This document shows, piece by piece, positions 51,455-63,700 of a stretch of DNA of 64,000 nucleotides (the first letter of the stretch is position 1; the number at the start of each line of letters is the position of its first letter). Position numbers and translations under genes: made by a program. The notes below the pieces were generated by a model. That model was given only the letters and a program-made list of their open reading frames with translations, made no database searches and was not told the origin of the DNA. Origin of the DNA: a virus; the IMG/VR virus record IMGVR_UViG_3300025305_003938, positions 16,439 to 80,438 of that record. One strand, written 5' to 3'.

Positions 51455-54400
51455 ATGACAAAAAGAATGCCAAACAGTAGATGGAGCCTAAAAGAGCTTA
51501 ATAAACCGTACGAAGAAGACGGTTTGTATAAAATTGTTGTACGTTCTGATAACAGAACAAAAGACGGTATGTTGGTCGATTATGCGTCCACCGAGGTTCT
51601 TTTAAAAGCAATTGAACTCGCATATGATTACTATGGGAAATTAGATATAGGCCCGCGGGCAATATCTCCAATAATAACAACGGAGTCTGCAATTGCGGGA
51701 CAGTTTTCCCCTCGTCTTACTGTACAGGACTTTTTTGTAGACGGCCGCCCCAACTCGGCTGCAAAATTGTTGGTTACTTTCGACAAAGGTGCCATGGACG
51801 CATATCCGGAGATCCAACCCGCTATATTACCGACAGATGTGCAGCGACATATCTCGACCCTTTCTTTAGGGCAGAACATAAAGAAGCTTAAAGGACTTTT
51901 TACTGATTATCACAATACTGCAAAGTTCTTTGATGGGAAGATTAGCCCTCACGTTAATTTTCTAAAAGAACATCAAAGGCTTGAACTGTGGTACGAAGCT
52001 CTAACCGATATGGTAGAGATGAACGGCTATAAAATAAGAGAAGATGAAGATGACACGATCATATTAACGCTAAGCTCTAATTATGAGCTGGTTTATGCAG
52101 AGATGCTGCAGTCCGGAATCGACAGGCCACTGACAAGGGGATTTAAATACTTTAAATCGAAGACTGTTTTAGGAAACCCAAGGACAAACGCCTTAGCGCT
52201 AAATGTAAAAGAGATGATGTCAATCCGTAAGAGGCCCCCTTCTTGGAGCCAGTTCTTACAAGACTATATAATCTCTGGCAAAGAAGACGCAACAATCAAG
52301 ATTATGCACTCTGGGCGCCCCAGGACTGACAAGATGTCAGAAATTCTAGCAGATATAGCTAAGAACGAAAACAAACTATTCCAGTCTGCGAAAGCTTCAG
52401 AAGAAGAGAAAGCCCGAATCCGCGAAGACATTGCCACTGGAAAGATAATGTTTAACGAAGCGGCAAGCGAAAAAGAAGAGAATATTCAACAAAGCTTAAG
52501 CGCCCTAGCTGAGAAGATGAGGAAAGTAAACAGCGCGAAAAAACTGGTTAGCGAGGTCATAATGAAATATGGCATCGACAACTTGATTAGTGCCGGCCTT
52601 GAGTGTTTGATGCTTAGAACTGGGATTGATATTCCAGATCTTCCAGATATTCCCGGTATATCTCCGTTCGAAAAACCAACTCCGCCCAAAGAGTTTAAAC
52701 TTCCAAAATTTCCAACTGAACTACCAACATTCGATCCTACAGTACTCATGGCCCGCGGCATAAAGGAGGCTCTTAAAGGCGCCCTCGATGGAGCGATCAA
52801 AGCCATGATAAGTGCTGTCGCCGATATCATCACCGATCTATGTGCTGACACAAACTACGGAGAGACAGAGCCGATATCTCTTGCCGTAGCTGGAAATTTA
52901 AGCCCCATCGAAACAGGTAAAGGTCCGGGCGCCCTGGACTCCTGCTATCAAAACTATTCCTTGACGACTGGCGAAGGGACCGTGCTCATAGATGCAGTCT
53001 CAGATGTCCTATCTCCAATTGAAGTGTGTGATCTGTTGAATATGAGTCCGTCTTCTAGCGTTCTAGAGACGATAACGGATATTGTTGAGCAACAGAATCT
53101 AAAAATGAATTTCATGACAGATGAGGATATTATCGATTTCTTCGGCTGCTTGGGAGATTTGATTGATCCAAGCTATTGCGATGCAATATATAATCCTCCA
53201 ATTTTGCCATCTGACGTAGATCCATGCTTGTTCGAAGATCAGCTCGTAGATGCATTGAATGACACTGACTTATTTAATGATCTAAACGATCTGCTGGACT
53301 TAATAAATAACAATGAACAAATATTGGATCCGATTGACATATGCGCCACAGGAATAGTTCCACCATTTAGTGGCATGCCCACTCTCGTTCATTCGCTGGG
53401 TTCTGCCCTCGATGCATCCCTCATGCCCGCGCAGACTTCATTCATTAACGATGTTAGTGGCATAAAGAGTTTATATCTCATAGTTGATCCAAAACAGCCA
53501 AATGCAGAATTAATAGAAGAACTTATCGCCGCGGAAGCAATAAAGGAACAAGACGACGAAGACGAACGCGAACGCAGAATGGGACATCTAAACAACTTTT
53601 TAGCAATAGATGCCTTCGCCGGCCAAGAAGATATAGCAAACGTCACTAGGCTTATCGAAGCCGGCAACGCGGCCATAATGGCCAGCGCGCAATACAGCGT
53701 TGTATCTGATTTCAAGAGGAAATTAGAAAGGATTGAAACAGATATTATAACTCCATTTGACGCTTCTGTTTTAAATATAGAAGATTGGACTTTCTCCGTG
53801 AATTCTGGATCAAAGAAGATCCACTATGGCGCCCCCGATATGCTTCTTTTGGAAGACACTATAGACTCAGAGAATTCTCTGCCTGTCAATGCTAGTGCTC
53901 TAGACTTCAGCACACAAGCTTCGCCATCTGTGCTTAAGCAGCGCGACGCTACGTCTAGAGACTTCTCTAATATCATCCACGATGCAATTGCCACCCTCGC
54001 TTCGGCGCCGGCTAATAACGCCGATGTCACGGCTGATTTGTCAAATAAACAATACTTTAACTTAGTTTTGTCAATGTTGAGGTCTGCAGCCCATGGCATA
54101 ACAAAATCTCCCTTGTTTGAGTCGGACAACTTCAGAAAGTTCGCACTGGTCCCAGTTCCGTGTCAAGATGGAACAGAGCTAAACTCCGGAGATCTTCTAG
54201 ATTTGGAGAACATAAAAAACAGCGCTCTACAAGATTTCTTTCAAGGCACTTGTTTAGATGGTGAATTTGAAGTTGGCCCGGTCGAAGATGCAATGCTTTT
54301 TGCAACTACAAACGTGTACATCCAAGTTTATGTTATAGAACAGTTAATAAAGAACCTGTTCTTATTTAATGTTTATGGAACGGCCGAAATCTTATCTGAT

Positions 54401-56878
54401 CCAATGTTGGTCCAACAGATGGTTCGCGATATCAAAAGTGGGTTCTCTATGGAAGCAGAGAGAATATCCCCGGAAGACCCAGAATCTGTTCAACCATCTT
54501 TGCATACCACAATCGAAGAATTGAGCATAATATACGTCAGAAAATTGATTGCTGCTCCAATTGAAGGTCAGATTCCGGATCTAATAAATGAGGGTGAGTT
54601 CATACAAATGGCCCCCGAAAATGTTACTGCAGACTTCGCCTTAGAGTACATTGTACAAAAGAGATTAATCGACGCATCGGAGACTATAGGAACGATATTA
54701 TCATCGGGCGCCGTTGGTAGTTTCGGTGCTCAATACTTAGCTTATGGCATACCAACATGTGATCTGTGGATGCCCGCCACGGAGCCAACAGAGGATCATC
54801 CCACCTTGCGCACCACCTCAGGGGGCCAAAACACTGAAGGATTGACTTACAAATTTTTGAAGCACGATCCGGTTAACTCCATGGATCCAGAGCAGGCCCC
54901 CGACATCTATACAAATATCGGCTTTGACGGTGACATTGCCGACTATATATCGGACAAGGGAGCCCTCGCCAACGAGAGGTATGTTACATTCGATTTCGAC
55001 AGTGCCGCTTTTGACGCTCTAAGTCCATTCGAACAACTCCTAACCGAGACTTTAATTAGCGTGAATATTCCTGCAGAACATATCAAGCAGACTGGGAATA
55101 TAAAAAGATATACTACCTCTTTTGATGAGTTTACGAACCTACTCAGAATGGCGAACTATTTCCACGCAGGGCCCGGCCAAGGTCTAACCGTCAATGATAT
55201 GTTCGAAAATTTACCTCCAATTACTTTAAAGGCCCCGAACGCTAATGGCATTTCTACCAAACAAATTAGATTAACACAAGATAACTACGAACAGCTCAGG
55301 TTTATGTCAAACCTTATCTCTGATCGATATGACGGCGGAGCCCGCGTCGGCGGCCTTCGGGTATTAGATCCCGACGAAATCCAATATCAGGCCTTCGATA
55401 TGGCTGAAGAATTGGGCATACCTGAATCATTCTGGAGTACTCCTCGCATCGACTGGGTGGCGCCAAAACTCATCGACTGGCCATGGTGGGGTTCAGACAA
55501 CCCCGGTCCGGCCCATGACTGGCCTGCCTCATGGAGTAATTATAATTTAGAAAATGGCGAAGGGGACAACGAAGCCCCGCAAAGAATATATCTAACACCA
55601 CCGATTGACAGCGCGTATGAATACCCCAGCGGATGGCCAATCTATCCGAGTAAATTTGTTTATAAATCAGGAGTGAACGATCCAGCCGAAATAGATCCTG
55701 ACGCTTCACAGCCCGCCGGTTTAAACTCATTTTGGCGGTCTGTTGAAGACTTCCCAGATTTCTTAAGGCACATCACGATGTCTCAAATAGAAGATATACT
55801 GACCGCCGGCGGAGCTGCTTCGACTACTAATATACTTACTGTAGGTGAGCCACCGCCTGTGCCATTAGCTTTACTCTCTATCTTTGAGAACATAAAAATT
55901 GGTACAAGGTTGGTGTACTACACGGGATATCGAACTTTCGATGATCTATATAATAGCGGCTATTTCAATCTATACGCAGCTGCAACTCCAGAAGAGCAGG
56001 AAACTAAATGGATCGAAGATAGAATAGGGCTGCCCATCAAAGGCCGCGGCCCAAACTACGTATTCCCAATTGATCTAGGTGTAAAATCTGAAATTGGGAT
56101 CCTGTCAAATCTGACATCCACTGTTTCAAGCCCCGGGTCATTCATTCACACATCTTTTGAGAATTTGAAAAAAGACTTGTACGAGGGCATGACCGCGACA
56201 ACTGCGTACAGAAACTTATTCGTTTTACCCGGACTTGAACGCGAAAATGCGATCTTACCTGCAAAACAAGTGATTGCTTTTCTGGCCCTGCTGGGTCAGG
56301 CCGTCAACAGCGACAAAGCTACTGAAATTAATAAGATTTTTGATGATACGAAACTTAGTTTAAGGTTCGTATTAAGGGCTCTGCTAGCCGGAAATGACTT
56401 CGCATATGAGGATCCGGAAAACAGGACATCTGCACAGGCAGCTCGCGATGCTGTGTTGAACATTACTGGCGCCGGCGCCGCGCCATTCGCACAGATGGGG
56501 GCATCTTTTATTATTAAAATGCTGATTGAGGCTCCGAAAATGATCCTCAAGGGTCTAGCGGAATTGGTAGATCCGCACGTTGTTATAGGAAACATGATAA
56601 AGAATATATCAGGCACCGCGTTGACACAAATACCATCTAGCTTACCGTTCGAAGAATTGTTAGATTTGATACAAGGTCAGATTGACCGACAGGCAGAATC
56701 TGACCTTATACCCCCGCCCCTGGTGCCCCAAGTTAGAAAGACTGGAATAGATCTTGTTGGCAAACTTCCATTGCTATTTTTGATACCGCCGACGCCGCTT
56801 GGGCTAGCATATATTCTATTGAACATGAATCTGGAAGACTTAATACCTCTACCTGATTGCGAAACCGAGGAAGAATAG
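51455..56878 (+). CDS. Large (1807 aa) acidic protein in the baseplate module, function unknown
   Basis: ORF track, lies between spike-like and gp25 genes. Confidence 0.7.
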   Translation: MTKRMPNSRWSLKELNKPYEEDGLYKIVVRSDNRTKDGMLVDYASTEVLLKAIELAYDYYGKLDIGPRAISPIITTESAIAGQFSPRLTVQDFFVDGRPNSAAKLLVTFDKGAMDAYPEIQPAILPTDVQRHISTLSLGQNIKKLKGLFTDYHNTAKFFDGKISPHVNFLKEHQRLELWYEALTDMVEMNGYKIREDEDDTIILTLSSNYELVYAEMLQSGIDRPLTRGFKYFKSKTVLGNPRTNALALNVKEMMSIRKRPPSWSQFLQDYIISGKEDATIKIMHSGRPRTDKMSEILADIAKNENKLFQSAKASEEEKARIREDIATGKIMFNEAASEKEENIQQSLSALAEKMRKVNSAKKLVSEVIMKYGIDNLISAGLECLMLRTGIDIPDLPDIPGISPFEKPTPPKEFKLPKFPTELPTFDPTVLMARGIKEALKGALDGAIKAMISAVADIITDLCADTNYGETEPISLAVAGNLSPIETGKGPGALDSCYQNYSLTTGEGTVLIDAVSDVLSPIEVCDLLNMSPSSSVLETITDIVEQQNLKMNFMTDEDIIDFFGCLGDLIDPSYCDAIYNPPILPSDVDPCLFEDQLVDALNDTDLFNDLNDLLDLINNNEQILDPIDICATGIVPPFSGMPTLVHSLGSALDASLMPAQTSFINDVSGIKSLYLIVDPKQPNAELIEELIAAEAIKEQDDEDERERRMGHLNNFLAIDAFAGQEDIANVTRLIEAGNAAIMASAQYSVVSDFKRKLERIETDIITPFDASVLNIEDWTFSVNSGSKKIHYGAPDMLLLEDTIDSENSLPVNASALDFSTQASPSVLKQRDATSRDFSNIIHDAIATLASAPANNADVTADLSNKQYFNLVLSMLRSAAHGITKSPLFESDNFRKFALVPVPCQDGTELNSGDLLDLENIKNSALQDFFQGTCLDGEFEVGPVEDAMLFATTNVYIQVYVIEQLIKNLFLFNVYGTAEILSDPMLVQQMVRDIKSGFSMEAERISPEDPESVQPSLHTTIEELSIIYVRKLIAAPIEGQIPDLINEGEFIQMAPENVTADFALEYIVQKRLIDASETIGTILSSGAVGSFGAQYLAYGIPTCDLWMPATEPTEDHPTLRTTSGGQNTEGLTYKFLKHDPVNSMDPEQAPDIYTNIGFDGDIADYISDKGALANERYVTFDFDSAAFDALSPFEQLLTETLISVNIPAEHIKQTGNIKRYTTSFDEFTNLLRMANYFHAGPGQGLTVNDMFENLPPITLKAPNANGISTKQIRLTQDNYEQLRFMSNLISDRYDGGARVGGLRVLDPDEIQYQAFDMAEELGIPESFWSTPRIDWVAPKLIDWPWWGSDNPGPAHDWPASWSNYNLENGEGDNEAPQRIYLTPPIDSAYEYPSGWPIYPSKFVYKSGVNDPAEIDPDASQPAGLNSFWRSVEDFPDFLRHITMSQIEDILTAGGAASTTNILTVGEPPPVPLALLSIFENIKIGTRLVYYTGYRTFDDLYNSGYFNLYAAATPEEQETKWIEDRIGLPIKGRGPNYVFPIDLGVKSEIGILSNLTSTVSSPGSFIHTSFENLKKDLYEGMTATTAYRNLFVLPGLERENAILPAKQVIAFLALLGQAVNSDKATEINKIFDDTKLSLRFVLRALLAGNDFAYEDPENRTSAQAARDAVLNITGAGAAPFAQMGASFIIKMLIEAPKMILKGLAELVDPHVVIGNMIKNISGTALTQIPSSLPFEELLDLIQGQIDRQAESDLIPPPLVPQVRKTGIDLVGKLPLLFLIPPTPLGLAYILLNMNLEDLIPLPDCETEEE

Positions 56879-56919
56879 GAGAATATTTAAACCTTCAACT
56901 AAATATAACAGATAAAGAT

Positions 56920-57315
56920 ATGAGCGGACTGTCACCAAAATTTCCATTAAGTCTTGACACTGGGGATATTAATTATAAACTTAATAAAACCTACAAGGAG
57001 CTTATTGCGCAAAATTTAAAAAATTTGTTGCTAACATCTCCTGGCGAACGCGTCATGGAACCACGATTTGGCGCCGGCCTCCGGAGGTATTTTTTTGAAC
57101 CAATGCTTCCGGAAACCTTCATGGAAATAAAAGAAAGTATTTTCGAACAAGTGCAGGTGTATATGCCGTTTATAGAAATAATAGAGGTTGGCTTCCATGA
57201 ATCTGACGATATATCGGTGAATCCAAACTTCCTCTCAGTGACTCTCAAATATGCAATAACTCCACTGCAAGAGACGGATGTTATTGTTTTAGAAAACAGC
57301 TTTAGTGAATTTTAG
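56920..57315 (+). CDS. Baseplate wedge protein gp25 / GPW
   Basis: QNLKNLLLTSPGERVMEPRFGAGLRRYFFE, YMPFI. Start moved to ATG 56920. Confidence 0.92.
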   Translation: MSGLSPKFPLSLDTGDINYKLNKTYKELIAQNLKNLLLTSPGERVMEPRFGAGLRRYFFEPMLPETFMEIKESIFEQVQVYMPFIEIIEVGFHESDDISVNPNFLSVTLKYAITPLQETDVIVLENSFSEF

Positions 57316-57326
57316 GAATATATTAC

Positions 57327-59123
57327 ATGGCCAAAAAAATTAAATCGATTGATTATACGAGCAGAGACTTCGAATCCATTAAACAGGATTTGATGAACTA
57401 TGTAAAAAAGTACTACCCCGACACGTTTAAAGATTTTAACGAAGCCGGCTTTGGTTCTTTGATGCTTGACAGTGTGGCCTATGTTGGTGACATGCTTTCT
57501 TTCTATTTGGACTATCAAGCAAACGAGAGCTTCCTAACGACCGCCATGGAATATAACAACGTTGTGAAACATGGCCGCCAATTGGGCTTCAAATATCCCG
57601 GCGTCCCCTCCTCTTCTGGAATTGTCTCGATTTATATTACAGTTCCCGCCAACCCAGATGGAACAGGCCCGGATATGTCCTATGTGCCAACTCTAATAAA
57701 GGGGACTAACTTTGCTTCTGCAAACGGCGGCATCTTTACCTTAATGGAAGATGTTTATTTCGGAAATGAAAACAACGAGATTGTAGTTTCAAGCGTCAAT
57801 TCTTCTACGGGCGCCCCCGCATATTACGCAATAAAAGCGAAAGGTCTAGCAATATCCGGCCAGCTCTCTTCTCAGGAAGAGGAAGTTGGCAATTTCGAAA
57901 AATTCTTAAGAATAGGAATTAAGAACGTTAACGTCACAGAGATAGTATCTTGCGTTGATTCAGAGGGGCATGAATATTTTGAAGTAGATCATCTGTCACA
58001 GAACGTTGTGTACAAGGCAGTTAGGAATAACAATTCGTTCAGGAAATCCACCCCATCAATTCTTAAAGCGGTTCCAGTACCAAGAAGGTTCGTTTTAGAG
58101 AAATCTCCATCCCTAGCCTATCTACAATTTGGCTACGGCAGCGACTCTGAACTAACAAACGCTAGTGTTGTTGATCCGAGCAATATTGTCATGAATATAC
58201 ATGGTAGAGACTATTCAGTTGATGAGGGGTTTGATCCCACCAAGCTCACATCGACAGACAAATTTGGAATATCTCCGTCTAATACCACTCTTACAATTCT
58301 TTATAGAAGCAATTCTGTTGAAGACGTTAACGCCGGCGTCGGTTCAATTAATAAGGCCGTCGCACCCCTCTTCAAATTCACAAACCAGGGCGCCCTTGAT
58401 GCGGCCAAAAGGAATGTTGTACGTTCTTCATTAGAAGTGTTGAACGAAGAAGCCTTCGTGGGAGACGTTGAACTCCCAACAGCAGACGAGTTGAAACAAA
58501 GGATGTTCAGCCATTTCGCCTCACAAAACAGAGCGGTGACTGCAGAAGATTACAAGTCTATGACATATTCAATGCCGGCAAAATTTGGAGCAGTCAGGAG
58601 ATGTTCGGTTTCTAGAGACTTCGACTCTTTTAAAAGAAACTTGAATTTGTATATCATATCCGAGGATAATGATAAAAAATTAACCCTAGCCAACGAAACA
58701 ATTAAAAATAACCTTAAAACTTGGCTAAATCGGTATAAAATGATTAATGACACAGTTGACATTTTAGATGCTAGGATCGTTAACTTTGGAATCAAATACA
58801 TGATAGTCGCAGACTATGAAGAAAACAAGTTTACCGTTTTGAATAGAGCAACCGCAGCATTAAGAGAATTCTTCCTTAGAAACAACTATGATATCGGGGA
58901 GCCCATTTATATTACAGACATTTATAAAGCCTTACAGAAGGTCAAAGGGGTTGTAGATGTGGTGGATGTTATTATTATGCAGAAGCGCGGCGGAGTTTAT
59001 TCGAACTCAACATATGATTTCCAATCAGCCGTTTCAAACGACGGAAGGTCGATTATGGCAGATGAGAACGTTATATTTGAAATGAAATATCGAAATACAG
59101 ATATCATAGGAAGCGTTTCGTAA
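57327..59123 (+). CDS. Baseplate wedge subunit, T4 gp6-like
   Basis: YTSRDFESIKQDL, YYPDTFKDF, AYVGDMLSFYLD.QANESFL.TA, LQFG.G, QNRAVTAEDY. Confidence 0.92.
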   Translation: MAKKIKSIDYTSRDFESIKQDLMNYVKKYYPDTFKDFNEAGFGSLMLDSVAYVGDMLSFYLDYQANESFLTTAMEYNNVVKHGRQLGFKYPGVPSSSGIVSIYITVPANPDGTGPDMSYVPTLIKGTNFASANGGIFTLMEDVYFGNENNEIVVSSVNSSTGAPAYYAIKAKGLAISGQLSSQEEEVGNFEKFLRIGIKNVNVTEIVSCVDSEGHEYFEVDHLSQNVVYKAVRNNNSFRKSTPSILKAVPVPRRFVLEKSPSLAYLQFGYGSDSELTNASVVDPSNIVMNIHGRDYSVDEGFDPTKLTSTDKFGISPSNTTLTILYRSNSVEDVNAGVGSINKAVAPLFKFTNQGALDAAKRNVVRSSLEVLNEEAFVGDVELPTADELKQRMFSHFASQNRAVTAEDYKSMTYSMPAKFGAVRRCSVSRDFDSFKRNLNLYIISEDNDKKLTLANETIKNNLKTWLNRYKMINDTVDILDARIVNFGIKYMIVADYEENKFTVLNRATAALREFFLRNNYDIGEPIYITDIYKALQKVKGVVDVVDVIIMQKRGGVYSNSTYDFQSAVSNDGRSIMADENVIFEMKYRNTDIIGSVS

Positions 59124-60754
59124 TGGCTATCAAAAGATATAAAGCAAATAAAGATACGACAATCTCAAATGCGTATGACTTTTCTCTGCTACCCAGGAAT
59201 AGGGCCACTGGCTCAAACATGGGCGCCGCCGATGTATTAGAAGTATTCTCAATTTATGGCCAAGTCTCCTCTTCGGGCAAGCAAGAGGCTGTTGGTATTT
59301 CCTCAGAGTTATCAAGAGTATTAGTTGGCTTCCCGGTCAGTGGATCCACAGAATCTATCGGCGCCGACAGAAATTCTGGCAAGATCCCTGTATCCGGAAA
59401 CGTGAAATTCTTTTTACGAATGTTCAACGCTAAACACTCATATACAACACCAAGAAACATTAAATTGGTGGTTGCTGCAATCTCTTCAAGTGCAAATTGG
59501 GAAGAGGGCACCGGAGTAGACATTGACGAATATAAAGATAAAACACATGGAATCGAAGGTGCCAATTGGATAAACTATGCATCCAATCAAGCTTGGGACC
59601 GAGCCGGCGGCACGTTCTACATTGACAGAACCTCCTCCTATAATGCTACTTTGGAAAAGGGCGACGAGGATCTAGAGGTCGATGTCACCTCTATAGTCGA
59701 GTACTGGCTTAAGCCCGAGGGCGACGGACAGCGCCGAGAGGACCGCGGCTTTGCGGTCTTCCTCACATCAAGCCAAGAGGCTTACCACTCCGCGTCAAAG
59801 GGCTATAACCTGAGTCTATTTCAGGGCCAAGGAGCAACGGGTTCGATTATCCATAATCCAGCCGGCGCCAAAAGATCGTATTATACAAAGAAGTTTTTTG
59901 CAAGAACTTCTGAATTCTTCTTTAAACAGCCCGTGATCGAAGCGCGCTGGGACAGTACAGTTAAAGACAGAAGGGGTGACTGTCACTATAGTAGCTCCAT
60001 GGCTACCATGCAGGACAATTTAAACACCATATATCTCTACAACTACGTTCGTGGAAAACTTCAGAATATCCCCGAAGCGGGCACTGGCCGGATATTCGTG
60101 ACCCTGTATTCAGGTTCCGCTAACAATAACTCTCCATCAGTCAACACTATCAGTTTACCTCAGGGTGGTGGCGTTCCCACGGCAGCAAACACAGTAATCA
60201 CTGGCGGCTATGTATCGACCGGTGTGTATTCTGCCTCGTTTGCAATCACGGCCGGCGTAAATCCCCCAACTAGAGTCTTTGATGTGTGGCACAATGGCGC
60301 TCTGGCTCAGCATGAATTTTGGACAGGTAGTATCAATGTTAAGTCCTTTGGGACATACACACATGCTCCAAGTTTCCAATACGTCACTGCGATGCCGAAT
60401 CTTAAATCGAAGTATTCAAAAACAGAGACAGCGAGGTTCAGGCTTTATGTGCGAGACCAAAACTGGAATCCAACAATTTACACGAAAGCTACCAACCGGC
60501 CCGATAATACTATCATTGAAAGTGGATCATACAAGATTATGCGTCTATCAGATAACACGAACGTAATTCAATACGGCACGGGCTCGCAAAGACACACACA
60601 CTTATCCTTCGATGTATCAGGAAACTACTTTGATTTAGATGTCGATCTTCTACAGGAAGATTATGCATATGGAATCAAGCTAGCGTACTATAACGACTCT
60701 ATCGGTGGCTGGGTAGAACAACCGGAAATATTTAAGTTTAGAGTCGAGAGCTAA
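59123..60754 (+). CDS. Virion structural protein (baseplate-associated)
   Basis: MAIKRY.A.KDTTI, SRVL..F, WEEG.G, KKFFAR, P.IEARWD, GNYFDLD; rich in [ST][GAS]S. Confidence 0.7.
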   Translation: MAIKRYKANKDTTISNAYDFSLLPRNRATGSNMGAADVLEVFSIYGQVSSSGKQEAVGISSELSRVLVGFPVSGSTESIGADRNSGKIPVSGNVKFFLRMFNAKHSYTTPRNIKLVVAAISSSANWEEGTGVDIDEYKDKTHGIEGANWINYASNQAWDRAGGTFYIDRTSSYNATLEKGDEDLEVDVTSIVEYWLKPEGDGQRREDRGFAVFLTSSQEAYHSASKGYNLSLFQGQGATGSIIHNPAGAKRSYYTKKFFARTSEFFFKQPVIEARWDSTVKDRRGDCHYSSSMATMQDNLNTIYLYNYVRGKLQNIPEAGTGRIFVTLYSGSANNNSPSVNTISLPQGGGVPTAANTVITGGYVSTGVYSASFAITAGVNPPTRVFDVWHNGALAQHEFWTGSINVKSFGTYTHAPSFQYVTAMPNLKSKYSKTETARFRLYVRDQNWNPTIYTKATNRPDNTIIESGSYKIMRLSDNTNVIQYGTGSQRHTHLSFDVSGNYFDLDVDLLQEDYAYGIKLAYYNDSIGGWVEQPEIFKFRVES

Positions 60755-63700
60755 TGAGCATTAAGCATCTTTTTGATAAGGTACATATTGATAAGAGTAC
60801 CGCCGGCACGAACTCGGACCAACTTGGTGGCGAGGTCGAATCTGAGCGTTTTCATAGTGCCAAGATCGCAAAAGATGATAGAATCATCCCGCAGGTTGAT
60901 TTCTCAAAACCAGAAAATTTTGTATTTTATGGTTCGGCTGAACGGTACTACGATGACGCAATAAAGAACATTTATCAAACTTACCCGTATGATGGCTCGC
61001 TATACGAGAAGCTAGACTGGGAGAACAGCGCTTCTTATATTGATCTATATGTTTTTGAGAACCTATACCCCAGAACGAACGGTTACATAAGGTTTGATCG
61101 CGACGGCGCCGATAGTTCTACTAGTATCGTATCTGATTACGGTATCTTCAACAGTGCAGATCAGGAATACATCACAATAAAGGGTGGTCCCGGCATAGGC
61201 GGCGGCCCACAGAATGCCGGCGCAAATATATACAACACGGGCTCCTTCCAAGAATCTAATTTAAAATTAGATCCAGTTGAGGGCACTACAGTTGAATTCT
61301 GGTTAAAGAAGAAAGCATTTAACACTTCTAGGACTAAAAAGGAAGTACTTTTCGATCTCTGGAACGGAGAACATTCTTCAAGTTCTGGATATGGTCGCCT
61401 AACAATCGAACTAACTGGCGCAACATATAGTCAGGCCACTACAACTTCAGGTAGATCTTTCCGCGTCACTTATCAGTCAGGCAACCTCGCCGACGCCGGC
61501 GCACCAACACACGGGTTCCAAAATGAATCGATTGGTACAGTTGACACTCTAACCTCCTCCGTTGCAGACAACACGTGGCACCACTATGCATTCTCTTTCT
61601 TATCTGCATCCAATGGCGTAAAGACCAGACTATACGTCGATGGCGATTTAAATGAAGAAAAAATTCTAGGTTCGAACGGTGCACGAGAGATAACCGGCTC
61701 TTTAATTGCGCGCATCGGCGCCCTGCGAACAGCCCCATCTGGCGCTGTTGGGGCCCACGGATCAACAGCTTTAGACGGCGCCGGCAAGCTATCAGGCTCC
61801 TTGGATGAATTTAGATACTGGAAGACTCAGCGCTCATCGAAAGAGATAGGTCGCCACTGGTTCACGCAAGTTGGCGGAGGCACCAACACAGATACTGCCA
61901 ATACAAAGTTGGGCGTCTATTACAAATTCAATGAGGGGATTCTAGGAAATAGCACCGACGCCACGGTTTTAGATTATTCTGGTAGGGTGACGAATGGAGC
62001 TTGGACGGGTTACATCGCCGGCGCAAGAGAAACTGGTTCCGCTATCAACGAGGCTACATCTACAAACCAAGAATTCTTAGATCCGATTCTTTATAGAAAT
62101 CACTCATCTGTAAATTCTTTAATTTCAAGGATGCGACTTTCCGGCTCTTCGTTCGACCATACAAACACTACATCTCTCTTTAGTTCCCTGCCCAGTTGGA
62201 TGCAGGAAGAAGATCAGAAATCTGGAGACCTCCTCTTAGATTTGACTCAGATAATGTCAAGTTACTTTGACTCTGTACAATTACAGATATCAGAACTTCC
62301 AAAATTGAAGGACGTTGAATACATCAGCGGTTCTTCGAAACCAAACAACTTCAACAGCACCTTATTGAGTTCAATGGGCTTCTTGGCTCCAGAAATATTT
62401 ATTGATGCGGAGATTATTGAAAACCTAGCTGCACGAAGCGAAGACAGAAAATACGAAAAGTCCCTAGAGCACACCAAAAATCTTATATATAAGAACATTT
62501 ACAACAATTTATCTTACATTTATAAATCGAAGGGTACCGAGAAGTCTTTTAGGAACTTGATTCGCTGCTTTGGCATCGATGATGATATAATCAAGCTCAG
62601 TACATACGGAAATAATGTAACTCACAAGTTTAGAAACAACTATAGAGTTGTATCGACACCTAAGAAGTATGTCAATTTTAATGACAACGGAAACTTCGAA
62701 GGCACTGTGTTCCAGATGTCTTCTAGTAAGAATTCTAATAGTTTGCCTTATATCGACGCGGCAAAACAATTGACTGGCGGCTATGGATTCACACTACAGA
62801 CTGAAGTAGTCCTTCCAAAGAAAGCAAACACGGGCGACTCTTTCTATTCAAGACAGAGATACACTGACCTGACTGCTTCTCTGTTTGGCGTACATACTGC
62901 CAGAACCTCATCGACAAATACATCAAACACCCAATGGGCCGAACCGGACGTTGTAAACTTCCAAGTACATGCTGTACGAGATGAAGCAGAATCAGACAAC
63001 GTACGTTTTGTTTTGACCGGATCCGGCGACGGGTATTTTCCCGAACTATCAAGTAGCTTGTTTGAGGGAGCATATGACAACACTAAATGGAACTTAGCAG
63101 TAAGAGTTAAGCCGGCCAAATTTCCACATGTCGACTCTATCCATGGTACGACCGGTTCCAACTCCGGTGCAGATATAAATTACAGTAGGTATTACACAGT
63201 TGAACTTTATGGCAATCAGACTGATGCAGGATCCATTCAGAACGAATTTACTGTTACTGGGAACATTGATCTGCAGCAGCTTAGTCCCGGGACATCTGCA
63301 GATCAGTTCATATACGGCGCCCGCCGTATATATATGGGCGCCCATAGAACAAACTTTACTGGCGCAGTGTTGCAAAGGACTGACGCCAAAATTTCTTCGT
63401 GCCGTTTCTGGCTAGATTACTTAGATGATGAAACACTGAGGGCTCATGCTCGCGATGTGAACAACCATGGTGCCAAGAATCCATACAGAAATGCCTACCT
63501 TTTTGAAGGAAAATCAATATATAATGATTCTAGAGAACTAGTCGGCCGCGGCCGCAACTTCGAAGTGCCGCAGATTGAGACGCTGGCACTTAACTGGGAC
63601 TTCAATCAAGTCACTGGCTCCAACGCTGCCGGCGAATTCAACGTTGTAGATTTCTCCTCCGGTTCGGTTGAGAAGAAAAAGAGGTACGGCTGGATAGGCG

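Noticed and set aside
60773-63415. Short ORFs listed in the last 3.2 kb
   Set aside because: All lie within the single long + strand ORF starting at 60754, which the track missed because it has no stop in the window.
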